From assembly GCA_964586355.1 (NCBI GenBank), contig CAZPGO010000020.1:1-12775 (forward strand): a stretch of 12,775 nucleotides of DNA. Direction: 5' to 3'. Positions 5,899 to 12,775 of this stretch are shown piece after piece. The DNA is from an uncultured archaeon (GTDB lineage: Archaea > Iainarchaeota > Iainarchaeia > Iainarchaeales > CSSED10-239). A program made the position numbers and the translations under genes. The first letter of the stretch is position 1; every line of letters starts with the position of its first letter. Under the pieces are notes generated by a model. That model saw only the letters and a program-made list of their open reading frames with translations, searched no databases and had not been told where the DNA came from.

Positions 5899-8598
5899 TC
5901 ACATCCCTTTTTCTTTCCTATATTGCTCAACAATAGATCTCGTGATCGGATTGTGATCTGTTGGCTTGATCTTTTCTAGATCTTTAATAAAAGTTTCTGG
6001 ATCGATCTTCCAGTCTACAATGATCTGAATGTGCTTGGTGATAGTGCCTATGGCACTTGATCTTGGCTTGGAGTCGTCAAGAGTCTTATCAATGGTACCA
6101 TCATTAATTGTTTTTTTTAAAGAGACATACCCAATAGCTACTTTAATCTTTTCTTTTGGAATAGAGTGAGTGTAAGAAAAAATATTCTTATAAAGCTCTA
6201 GTTGCTGACGATGCGCTCCTGCTGTTTTTGTATTCTTGTCTGTCTTCCAATCTACTATTAAGTATTCATCTGTTTCTGGGTTTCTAAAGATTGCGTCTAT
6301 CTTTCCAGTAAAAGTGAGATCGCTTGGAATTGTGGTTACAACATAAAGTGGAACCTCTCTAAAACCAAGCTCTGCTGCTATAACTTCTGAATATGTGGAT
6401 TTTATCTCAGAGATAAGGTATTTAGAGTTGTCTAAGATTTCGTGTGTTTCTTCATCAAGAATGGATAGATCTATTGGTTGATCTTTTAATAATTGCTCAA
6501 TAAGATTGTGAATGTCTGATCCTCTTGTTAGTGCTTTAGAAAATTGTGTTAACTTTAGTATTCTTTGTGTTAAATATTTCTCTGGATCTGTCTCTATTCC
6601 TGAATAGGAAAGATGATTAAGGTTTTCAAAATGTCTTGTAATATAGTCAATTATCCAAGAAGTATTATTTTCTAATTGTTTTTTTGCATTTTCATAATCT
6701 TTATTTACAAATAAGGAAAAAGCTTTTTTGTTAATATCTGAAAAATCAATAACACTTTCTTCTGGAACAATATTTTCTAAAAGAACTGAGTATTCATTTT
6801 TATAGTCTGGAGCTTTAGAAGTTAAAATATATAATTCTTCTTTAGCTCTAGTTACTGCAACAAAATCAATTCTGTTAGGTTCTTCTTCCAGTTCTTCTTT
6901 TGGATTTTTATTTAGACTATTTAAGATGGCAATAGTGATTGCATCTTGAAAGTTTTCATTATCATTGGTTTTACTTGGAACATAAATTACTTTTTCAAAT
7001 TGTCTACCTTTTGATTTATGAACTGTTGTTAAAATAACTTTATTTTCTGTTTTAATCTCTTCAGCTAATTGTTCAGCAGACAACAAAAAATTACAAAGAT
7101 TTTCTAGAGTTTTGTTTTCTAGAAGATCAAGGGCTTCAATTGTTGCTCTTTGCATGTTTATACAGGAGAGTGTGTAATCTCTTCCATAGGAAACAGCAAC
7201 AGGAAGTATGTTGTTTTTAAAAATGTTGTCTAAATCATTAATGTTACTAATAGATTCTCTTAATTCCTTATATTTTGGATATTTATCATAAACCTCTTCA
7301 AGAGTTAATTTATTATTTTCAGCAAGTTCAAAAGCATCTTGTAAGCAAATAGGAAAAAATGGTGTAAACATAGATGCTTTTATTAAATTTATATCTTTAC
7401 TTAATAGTCCTTTTAAAAAACTAATAATATTTTCCTTAGCTTCATCACTTGAAGTTAAATATGTTGAAGAAAAAGATATTCCATTTATCTCTAGCTCTTT
7501 AGCAAACTTATATAGTTGTGAATTTTTTCTTGCAATTATTGCAATTTCTTTATTTTCCTTCATTTGTTGTTCTTTAATAAAATAGGCAATAAAAGAGGGA
7601 ACATTATCCTTTACTGCAATAATTGATGGTTTTTCTCCTTTTTTAGCTGTTGCACTTTTTAGATCTTTAATTTCTTCAAGATCTGATTTATCTGCAGTCT
7701 TAGAAGAAAACAATTCTTTAGAATAATTTAAAATTTCATCTGTACTTCTAAAATTATCAGAAAGAACAAACTCTTTACCTGAATTAAACTTTAAAAAATT
7801 ACCTATAGATCCACCTTGAAAACCAAAAATTGCTTGTTTTTTATCTCCAACCACAACAAATTTTTCACAAACAGACAAAGCAATATCTGCTTCCATATCA
7901 TTAACGTCTTGTAGTTCATCTACTAATACCCATTTGAATTTTGGTTTATTTTTAATTTCTAAAAAATTTATTAAAATATCTGTATAATCTAATCCCTTTT
8001 TTTTCTTAAAATTTTCATATCTTTCAAAGATCTTAATAAAGTGTTCTAAATAAGACTCTAATTGCTCTTTATCATAGGTTTTAAATTCAGTAATATGTGT
8101 TTTAACATCATCTATATTTATTTTAGAAGGAATTATACCAAAACTTTTTAAATATCTAATTGCATTTTCAATTTTAGGAACAATTGTCTCTAATAAATAA
8201 TTATCTCCATAGTTTAGTACTTGGTTTTCAATCAAGTAAGAATAAATCTCATATCTTAAGAGATTAGAGGAAATAATTTCATTATCTTCTAGATTATCCA
8301 AAGAAAAAGCATGAAATGTTTGAATATTAATCTGAGATAAATCAATTTCTAGATTTTCAGTTTCTACAAGATTTAAAATTCTTTCTTGCATTTCCCCACA
8401 GGCTTTTTCAGTAAAGGTTAGACAAAGGATGTCTTTTGGAGAAATTCCTTGATATAATAAATAAACATATTTGTATGCAAGAAGTTTAGTTTTACCAGTT
8501 CCTGGGTTAGCTATAACAATTGTAGAATCATTATGTTTAATTGCATTCTTTTTTTCCTGATTAAGATCAGCCATTTCTATAAACTCAATTTCATTCAT
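5899..8598 (-). CDS. UvrD/Rep/PcrA-type SF1 helicase fused to a C-terminal RecB-family PD-(D/E)xK nuclease domain
   Basis: 899-aa ORF. Walker A ANPGTGKT (nt 8488..8511). Motif II VLVDELQD (nt 7906..7929). Further helicase motifs: VVGDKKQAIFGFQGG, DNFRS, TTVHKSKGRQFEKVIYV and VAVTRAKEELYIL. The C-terminal nuclease reads GSDIHNLIE...GKIDAIF (D768, nt 6295..6297)...YLIVDWKT (D783/K785, nt 6241..6255)...QQLELY. No Cys cluster is present, so it is not a Cas4/AddB-type Fe-S nuclease. The ATG at 8598 overlaps the Bro-N stop as ATGA; M9 (8574) is an alternative start. Confidence 0.9.
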   Translation of the reverse strand: MNEIEFIEMADLNQEKKNAIKHNDSTIVIANPGTGKTKLLAYKYVYLLYQGISPKDILCLTFTEKACGEMQERILNLVETENLEIDLSQINIQTFHAFSLDNLEDNEIISSNLLRYEIYSYLIENQVLNYGDNYLLETIVPKIENAIRYLKSFGIIPSKINIDDVKTHITEFKTYDKEQLESYLEHFIKIFERYENFKKKKGLDYTDILINFLEIKNKPKFKWVLVDELQDVNDMEADIALSVCEKFVVVGDKKQAIFGFQGGSIGNFLKFNSGKEFVLSDNFRSTDEILNYSKELFSSKTADKSDLEEIKDLKSATAKKGEKPSIIAVKDNVPSFIAYFIKEQQMKENKEIAIIARKNSQLYKFAKELEINGISFSSTYLTSSDEAKENIISFLKGLLSKDINLIKASMFTPFFPICLQDAFELAENNKLTLEEVYDKYPKYKELRESISNINDLDNIFKNNILPVAVSYGRDYTLSCINMQRATIEALDLLENKTLENLCNFLLSAEQLAEEIKTENKVILTTVHKSKGRQFEKVIYVPSKTNDNENFQDAITIAILNSLNKNPKEELEEEPNRIDFVAVTRAKEELYILTSKAPDYKNEYSVLLENIVPEESVIDFSDINKKAFSLFVNKDYENAKKQLENNTSWIIDYITRHFENLNHLSYSGIETDPEKYLTQRILKLTQFSKALTRGSDIHNLIEQLLKDQPIDLSILDEETHEILDNSKYLISEIKSTYSEVIAAELGFREVPLYVVTTIPSDLTFTGKIDAIFRNPETDEYLIVDWKTDKNTKTAGAHRQQLELYKNIFSYTHSIPKEKIKVAIGYVSLKKTINDGTIDKTLDDSKPRSSAIGTITKHIQIIVDWKIDPETFIKDLEKIKPTDHNPITRSIVEQYRKEKGM

Positions 8599-9467
8599 TT
8601 TTTTTCTTTTTTATAAATTATTTTCTTATTTTTGGGAGATTTTAATAATCTTTTTTTCTTTTCAGAAATTGTTAAATAATTATCTTTTGTAGATATTTTT
8701 CTGCCAAGGCCCTTTTCAATTTCTTTACGTGCATTGCCTGCAGCAGTTCCACCAATTTCAGCAACTTTTTTCAGTTTTTTAAATTCAGCTTCTTTTTCTT
8801 TAATAGTTAATTCCTTAGTTACACTTTCTCCAAGCATTGTAAATATTAATTCCATATCATCCATATGATCTATTAAGTTTTCTTTTTTTAAACCTTTAAA
8901 TTTTTTATATTCAGAGGGGGTCATATTAAACGTAGCTTTTGAGATTTCAGCAGTTAATATTGAAAAGTCTTTTTCTTGCTTAACTCCTTTTTTTTTCCAC
9001 TCGTCTGTTAATTCATCTCTAACTATTATTCCTCTTATTCTTTTTTCAATCCAAGCTTCAGAATACCCTTTTGATATATATAGCTCTCTCATTCTTGTTT
9101 GTGCAAGTTCTGGGTTTTCGATCTCTTGAACTCTTTGATAACCAACATTTGCTAACCATTGTTTAAATGGTTCTGCTTTTGGAGAAGGTATTGATTGAAT
9201 CAAACGAAACAACCATTTAACATTTAAACAATCAGTACCATAATATTTTCCATCTATTGCAGGCATTTTAAGTTGGTTACAAAATGTAACCAACTCACTA
9301 CCTTCTTCTTTTAATCTAAATTTTAAAACTTTCCAATAATTTCTGGAATCTTGACTATCTGTTAAAACACTAACAACATCAATAACAGAAAACCACCATT
9401 CGTTATTAAACCAAACTCTTCTTATTTTTTTATCTTGAAAAACAATTAGTCCTTTTTCTTTTTCCAT
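8595..9467 (-). CDS. Bro-N domain protein with a DinD-like C-terminal region
   Basis: The ORF track's 9497 start is a TTG inside the upstream gene. The ATG at 9467 (MEKEKGLIVF...) lies 8 nt after that gene's stop, with an AGTGA SD-like site ~9 nt upstream. N-terminal region: FQDKKIRRVWFNNEWWFSVIDVVSVLTDS...NYWKVLKFRLKEEG...LFRLIQSIPSPKAEPFKQWLA, the Bro-N signature. C-terminal region: ELTDEWKKKG...FKGLKKENLIDHMDDMELIF...GGTAAGNARKEIE, which resembles E. coli DinD-like proteins. Confidence 0.85.
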   Translation of the reverse strand: MEKEKGLIVFQDKKIRRVWFNNEWWFSVIDVVSVLTDSQDSRNYWKVLKFRLKEEGSELVTFCNQLKMPAIDGKYYGTDCLNVKWLFRLIQSIPSPKAEPFKQWLANVGYQRVQEIENPELAQTRMRELYISKGYSEAWIEKRIRGIIVRDELTDEWKKKGVKQEKDFSILTAEISKATFNMTPSEYKKFKGLKKENLIDHMDDMELIFTMLGESVTKELTIKEKEAEFKKLKKVAEIGGTAAGNARKEIEKGLGRKISTKDNYLTISEKKKRLLKSPKNKKIIYKKEKK

Positions 9468-9475
9468 ACTTTTTT

Positions 9476-10846
9476 TCACTTTTTTATAATTTCCCAATGC
9501 CCACCTTTATCAGGACCAACTCTTTTTATTTTGCCTTCTTTCTTTAATTTAGAAAGATTATATTTTATACCGTCTTCTGTTATATTACCTATTAATGCTG
9601 TTAATTTTTTTATAGAATATGCTGAATTTTCGGTAAGTAAATCTATTATTTTCTGGGTAGTTTTCTGGGTAGTTTTCTGGGTAGTTTCTATCGTGTTATT
9701 ATTTTGAGCGTCATCTATTGATTCACTAGGTGTTTTCTGTAATGGCTTATAAAAAATAACATCAAACCAATTTTTACTTATATTAAATTTTAATTTTAAA
9801 TTATATTCTTTCATAGCCTGCTTAATTCTAGTTATTCCTGATCCTACTCTTTCCCCTAAATCAAGTCTTAACATTAAATCAAAAAGAAGAGGATTTCTGG
9901 GCATGCTTTTCTTATCTATGTCCTTTTTAGATAATCCTGATACTAATCCTCCAGGATTTGTTATTTCAACTCTATCATAAAATATATCAACTTGTATTTG
10001 ACCGTTAGAAAAATAATCTCTATGAGCAATAGCATTAATTAATGCTTCTCTTATTGCTTTTTCTGGAATTTCTAATTTATTAATTCGATTTTTTCCTTCT
10101 ATAATATAATTTGTATTTAATCTTGAACAAATATAATCAAAAGCATTATCAAAATTAGAGTATAGATCTGCATCAAAGTCTTTTTTATCTAAAATATCTA
10201 ATTTATTTCTACCTTTGTATAATATACAAGTAATTCTGGCATTTATAAAAAACTTAGTTATTCTGTGGCAAAATATTAAAACTCCTGCATTTTTTAGATT
10301 ATTTCCATCTAATAACGATAAATTTCTTAATAAATCTAATTGTGATAAATTATTAGTAATATTTGCTTTTTTTAGAAAAAATTCATAAACTGATTTATTA
10401 AAATCATCGTTTAAATCAAAATTAAAATTTGGTTTTTCATCAAATAATACTTGTCTTTCATTTTTAAAAAAATCTCTTAATTCATTTCTATTCATTTTTT
10501 GAGAAGTTGCACCTATTCTTATATAGTATTGCCCAGAATGTGCATAAGGTTTATCTTCTCCTTCAGGAACAGTAATCACAGTTAGTTGATTATCTATTTG
10601 TTTTATAAAAACAATAATAGAAGGATCTATATGTCTAGCAATATCTTGAATTTTAGAAGCAATAGAATTATTTAGCTTAAATCCTTTAACTTCTCCATTA
10701 TCTTTAACACCTAAAATTATCTTTCCACCAGAAGAATTTGCAAAAGCGCAAATGGTTTTACCAATAGTATCAGTATATGACTCTTTAAACTCAAGAGTGT
10801 ACCCCTCTCCAACTTTAATTAAATCTAAAACTTCTGATCTATTCAT
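9476..10846 (-). CDS. AlbA_2 (Schlafen-like, 'divergent AAA') + HATPase_c_4 + C-terminal winged-helix protein; putative DNA-binding or sensor regulator
   Basis: 456-aa ORF with an ATG at 10846 and an AAGGAAA site upstream. N-terminal region: EGYTLEFKES...ICAFANSSGGKIILGVKDNGEVKG (AlbA_2 signature). Middle: REALINAIAHRDY...ITNPGG (HATPase_c_4-like). C-terminal region: IIDLLTENSAYSIKKLTALIGNITEDGIKYNLSKLKKEGKIKRVGPDKGGHWEI (wHTH). The linker contains TTQKTTQKTTQK, encoded by a 12-bp tandem repeat. Confidence 0.85.
   Translation of the reverse strand: MNRSEVLDLIKVGEGYTLEFKESYTDTIGKTICAFANSSGGKIILGVKDNGEVKGFKLNNSIASKIQDIARHIDPSIIVFIKQIDNQLTVITVPEGEDKPYAHSGQYYIRIGATSQKMNRNELRDFFKNERQVLFDEKPNFNFDLNDDFNKSVYEFFLKKANITNNLSQLDLLRNLSLLDGNNLKNAGVLIFCHRITKFFINARITCILYKGRNKLDILDKKDFDADLYSNFDNAFDYICSRLNTNYIIEGKNRINKLEIPEKAIREALINAIAHRDYFSNGQIQVDIFYDRVEITNPGGLVSGLSKKDIDKKSMPRNPLLFDLMLRLDLGERVGSGITRIKQAMKEYNLKLKFNISKNWFDVIFYKPLQKTPSESIDDAQNNNTIETTQKTTQKTTQKIIDLLTENSAYSIKKLTALIGNITEDGIKYNLSKLKKEGKIKRVGPDKGGHWEIIKK
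9649..9688. repeat. Perfect 12-bp tandem repeat ttttctgggtag, 3 full copies plus 4 nt, in frame within the AlbA_2-family gene
   Basis: Direct reading: 9649..9660, 9661..9672 and 9673..9684 are identical, and 9685..9688 (tttc) starts a fourth copy. It encodes (T)TQK x3 in the linker before the wHTH domain. Confidence 0.95.
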
Positions 10847-10918
10847 TTGTTTTCCTTTTAACTATTATTATATTTTATAACCAATTTCTTTTAAAATAAA
10901 ACTTTTATCTAAAATCTT

Positions 10919-12133
10919 TTAATTTTCTGGTTCAATTATAGATATTAAATAATTGTCTAATAATTTTTTTGTTGCTATTTTAATATCTTCAACAGATAAT
11001 TTTTCTAAATCTTTTATTCTATTTTCATTAGCAATTTTATATTCAAAGAATTCATTTAATACTTCTTTGTCTGCTAACAAAAAAGGATATTGATCTGTTT
11101 TTTTATAACTTTTTAAACATTTTTTTTTAATAAAATTAAATTCCTTTTTATCAATAGTTAATAATTTATTTAATTCTTCAAAAATTGAATTTATTGCAAG
11201 ATCAGTATTATTAGAGTCAATTGTTGTTTTTATTAAAAACAAACCAGTTTCTTGAAATGGTACATTTACTGAATAAATGTTATAAGTTAATCCTAGTTTT
11301 TGTCTAACAGCATCATTTAAGTTAATAGATTTTCCTAAACTTAATAACAAATCAATTGTTTCAAAAGCAATATATTCTTGATCTGTATATTTAGGAGATA
11401 AAAATCCTATTCCTAAATGGTTTTTTGTGATGCCGTTCTTCTTTTTTTTAATTTTTAATTTATTATTAAAATCAGGTATTGTTATTTTGCTATCTTTTAG
11501 ATCTCCAATAGGCAAAGTAAAATATTTTTCTATTAATGGAAATGGATCTTCAATATTTCCAATAACTACTATAATCATATTATTTGCAACATAATATTTT
11601 TCATAATGTTTTACTAGTTGTTCTCTAGTAAAAGATTTAATATTCTCTTCAGTTCCAATAAGTGGCAATTCTAAAGAATGTCCTTTAAAAATATTTGAAT
11701 AAATTGTTTTGTTTAATAGATCATCTGGATCATCATCATATCTTTTATATTCATCCAATATAACATTTCTTTCTCTTTCTATTTCTTCTATATCAAAATT
11801 AGGATTACAAATAATATCCATAAATTTTTTCAAAAGTTCTTCAAAATATCTTTTTTTTGAAGAAATAAAATGAACAGTTCTTTTATGGGTTGTAATTGCA
11901 TTAAAATTACCCTCTATTGATCTAAGATATTCTCTTATTTCTTTTTGAGTATAGTTTTTTGATCCTTGCCAAATTAAATGTTCTACAAAATGAGTTATGC
12001 CATTATTTTCTTTGGTTTCATTCTGGGAGCCTACTTTAATATGTGCTTGTATTGACATTCTAGAAGATTTATTTTTAACATGGATAATTTTCAATCCATT
12101 GGGTAGGATTTTTCTTATAATTTCAGATCTCAT
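10919..12133 (-). CDS. M16-family (pitrilysin/insulinase-like) zinc metallopeptidase
   Basis: 404-aa ORF. The inverted zincin motif HxxEH appears as HFVEH at aa 48-52 (nt 11978..11992), within GITHFVEHLIWQGS. Downstream EGNFNAITTHKRT is typical of M16 N-terminal domains. The two-lobed length is appropriate for the family. A GTGAT SD-like site lies upstream of the ATG at 12133. Confidence 0.85.
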   Translation of the reverse strand: MRSEIIRKILPNGLKIIHVKNKSSRMSIQAHIKVGSQNETKENNGITHFVEHLIWQGSKNYTQKEIREYLRSIEGNFNAITTHKRTVHFISSKKRYFEELLKKFMDIICNPNFDIEEIERERNVILDEYKRYDDDPDDLLNKTIYSNIFKGHSLELPLIGTEENIKSFTREQLVKHYEKYYVANNMIIVVIGNIEDPFPLIEKYFTLPIGDLKDSKITIPDFNNKLKIKKKKNGITKNHLGIGFLSPKYTDQEYIAFETIDLLLSLGKSINLNDAVRQKLGLTYNIYSVNVPFQETGLFLIKTTIDSNNTDLAINSIFEELNKLLTIDKKEFNFIKKKCLKSYKKTDQYPFLLADKEVLNEFFEYKIANENRIKDLEKLSVEDIKIATKKLLDNYLISIIEPEN

Positions 12134-12267
12134 TAATAATCACAGATATATTATAGTTGCAAAATGTTTATAAACACATACTTGTTTTTTTAAATTTGTT
12201 CAAAATTATTTGAATAAAGTTAATATTTATAAAACCTATCATCTTATTTATTATTGTGATTAAAACT
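12134..12267. promoter_or_regulatory. Divergent intergenic region between the M16 peptidase and the CARF-like gene; holds SD-like TGTGATTA on each side and several TATA-like boxes
   Basis: The minus-strand gene is preceded by CTGTGATTATTAATG. The plus-strand gene is preceded by ATTGTGATTAAAACTATG (12254..12270). TTTATAAA-type boxes occur around 12167 and around 12226. No transcription data are available, and AT-rich background makes the box calls weak. Confidence 0.3.
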
Positions 12268-12775
12268 ATGAAAAAAATATTGATCAGCAACGCTTATGAC
12301 TTTACTCCAATGGTTGGAGCAATTACAAAGATCGGACCAGATGTTGTTTATGCAGTTATGAATAATACTCCTGAAACACATCAAAAAGAAGCATTAAAGA
12401 AACTTAAAAACACATTTAAACATATAGAGTTCAAAGAGATCAAAACAGAGATCTATAAAGTTTATGAAGTAGCAAAAGAAATAGTTAAAGCAATAGATCA
12501 AATATATGTTCAAGACACAGAGATCTATTTAGATATAACCTCTGGAAGAAAAACAAAATCTATTGGAATACTTCTTAGTGGGTATCAAAGAGCAGATAAG
12601 ATTAAAGATATTCTTTATTTTACACAAGAAATTAATCAAATGGTAACTTTACCAAAACTTTCTTTTGAAATTAGTAAAAAATCAGCAGATCTTCTAACAA
12701 TTGTTTCAAAAAAACCAATAACTTTGCCAGATCTTGCAAATAATAAAAAACTAAATTCAATGGGAAGAACTTCTG
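12268..12775 (+). CDS. CARF-like Rossmann domain followed by the start of a wHTH (Csa3-like regulator architecture); partial, continuing past the right edge
   Basis: Absent from the ORF track. Hand translation from the ATG at 12268 stays open to the window end: MKKILISNAYDFTPMVGAITKIGPDVVYAVMNNTPETHQKEALKKLKNTFKHIEFKEIKTEIYKVYEVAKEIVKAIDQIYVQDTEIYLDITSGRKTKSIGILLSGYQRADKIKDILYFTQEINQMVTLPKLSFEISKKSADLLTIVSKKPITLPDLANNKKLNSMGRTS... The first strand plus Gly-rich loop is followed by LDITSGRK at about aa 97-104, which matches the position and form of the CARF D-x-T/S-x-G-x-R/K motif. The segment after it (ADLLTIVSKKPITLPDLA) looks like the beginning of a wHTH, as in Csa3. Confidence 0.5.
   Translation, partial: MKKILISNAYDFTPMVGAITKIGPDVVYAVMNNTPETHQKEALKKLKNTFKHIEFKEIKTEIYKVYEVAKEIVKAIDQIYVQDTEIYLDITSGRKTKSIGILLSGYQRADKIKDILYFTQEINQMVTLPKLSFEISKKSADLLTIVSKKPITLPDLANNKKLNSMGRTS

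Noticed and set aside
5892-5933. TTG-extended N-terminus of the 256-aa ORF (MLSNIGKKKGCEKN...)
   Set aside because: The extension lies inside the last codons of the helicase gene and uses TTG. An ATG at 5891 sits 7 nt after the helicase stop and gives a compact non-overlapping arrangement, so the shorter model is preferred.
5899-8598. Gabija (GajB) or AddAB/RecBCD assignment for the UvrD-like helicase
   Set aside because: No GajA-type ATPase-TOPRIM gene and no AddB/RecC/RecD-like partner lies adjacent. The helicase carries its own RecB-type nuclease without an Fe-S Cys cluster. The context therefore does not fit those systems.
8988-8996. Homopolymer tracts as phase-variation switches: T9 at 8988..8996, T8 at 8598..8605, T9 at 11120..11128
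   Set aside because: A/T runs of 8-9 nt encoding Lys/Phe are expected by chance in DNA of 20-30% GC. None sits near the 5' end of the mod gene, where Type III phase variation normally acts.
9468-9497. TTG-extended N-terminus of the Bro-N ORF (MGNYKKVKKS...)
   Set aside because: It overlaps the 3' end of the AlbA_2 gene by 22 nt and starts at TTG. The ATG at 9467 follows the upstream stop by 8 nt and has an AGTGA SD-like site, so the shorter model is preferred.
9649-9688. Possible CRISPR array
   Set aside because: The units are only 12 bp, directly abutting with no spacers, and lie inside a coding region in frame. This is a coding tandem repeat, not a CRISPR array.
10879-10905. Short AT-only inverted repeat (ATAAAA-n-TTTTAT) and T-runs after the M16 stop, as a possible terminator
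   Set aside because: The arms are only 6 nt of pure A/T, giving negligible stability and a pattern indistinguishable from background. A T-run-type archaeal terminator may be present, but the sequence alone cannot support the call.
10919-12133. M16 peptidase as a member of the defense island
   Set aside because: It is separated from the island by a 72-nt gap holding its own T-rich/TATA-like signals. The family is generally housekeeping, and no coupling to neighbours is seen. It is treated as the flanking gene.
1-12775. Mobile-element hallmarks (integrase, transposase, terminal inverted or direct repeats, tRNA target)
   Set aside because: None was found by reading both strands. The only long repeat-like similarity is the 23-nt promoter-like box, whose copies are in direct orientation inside the island rather than at its borders.

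Overview
Very AT-rich window (hand-sampled GC is about 17-40%, mostly 20-33%) with tightly packed genes. Genes use GGTGA/GTGAT-type Shine-Dalgarno sites and have TATA-like boxes upstream. This fits a small-genome archaeon (DPANN-like) or another AT-rich prokaryote; taxonomy cannot be settled from the sequence alone. Nine co-directional minus-strand genes (10846 -> 1) form what looks like a defense/accessory island. In transcription order they are: (1) an AlbA_2/Schlafen-like + HATPase_c_4 + wHTH protein; (2) a Bro-N/DinD-like protein; (3) a UvrD-type helicase fused to a RecB-family PD-(D/E)xK nuclease; (4) an unrecognised ~243-aa helical protein; (5) a small PD-(D/E)xK protein; (6) a NucS/DUF91-like endonuclease with an unassigned N-terminal domain; (7) a HerA/FtsK-like P-loop ATPase with a long coiled coil and a C-terminal zinc ribbon; (8) a zinc-ribbon single-pass membrane protein; (9) the 5' part of a Type III Mod-like DNA methyltransferase that runs off the left edge. 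To the right lie an M16 (HxxEH) metallopeptidase and, divergently, the 5' part of a CARF/Csa3-like gene. No rRNA, tRNA, CRISPR array, transposase or integrase is visible. There are two best candidates for an undescribed system. One is the GTGA-coupled HerA-like ATPase + Zn-ribbon membrane protein pair, next to the NucS-like nuclease. The other is the tightly coupled helicase-nuclease / unknown / PD-(D/E)xK cassette, led by the AlbA_2 and Bro-N genes. All family calls rest on motif recognition by eye; no searches were run.
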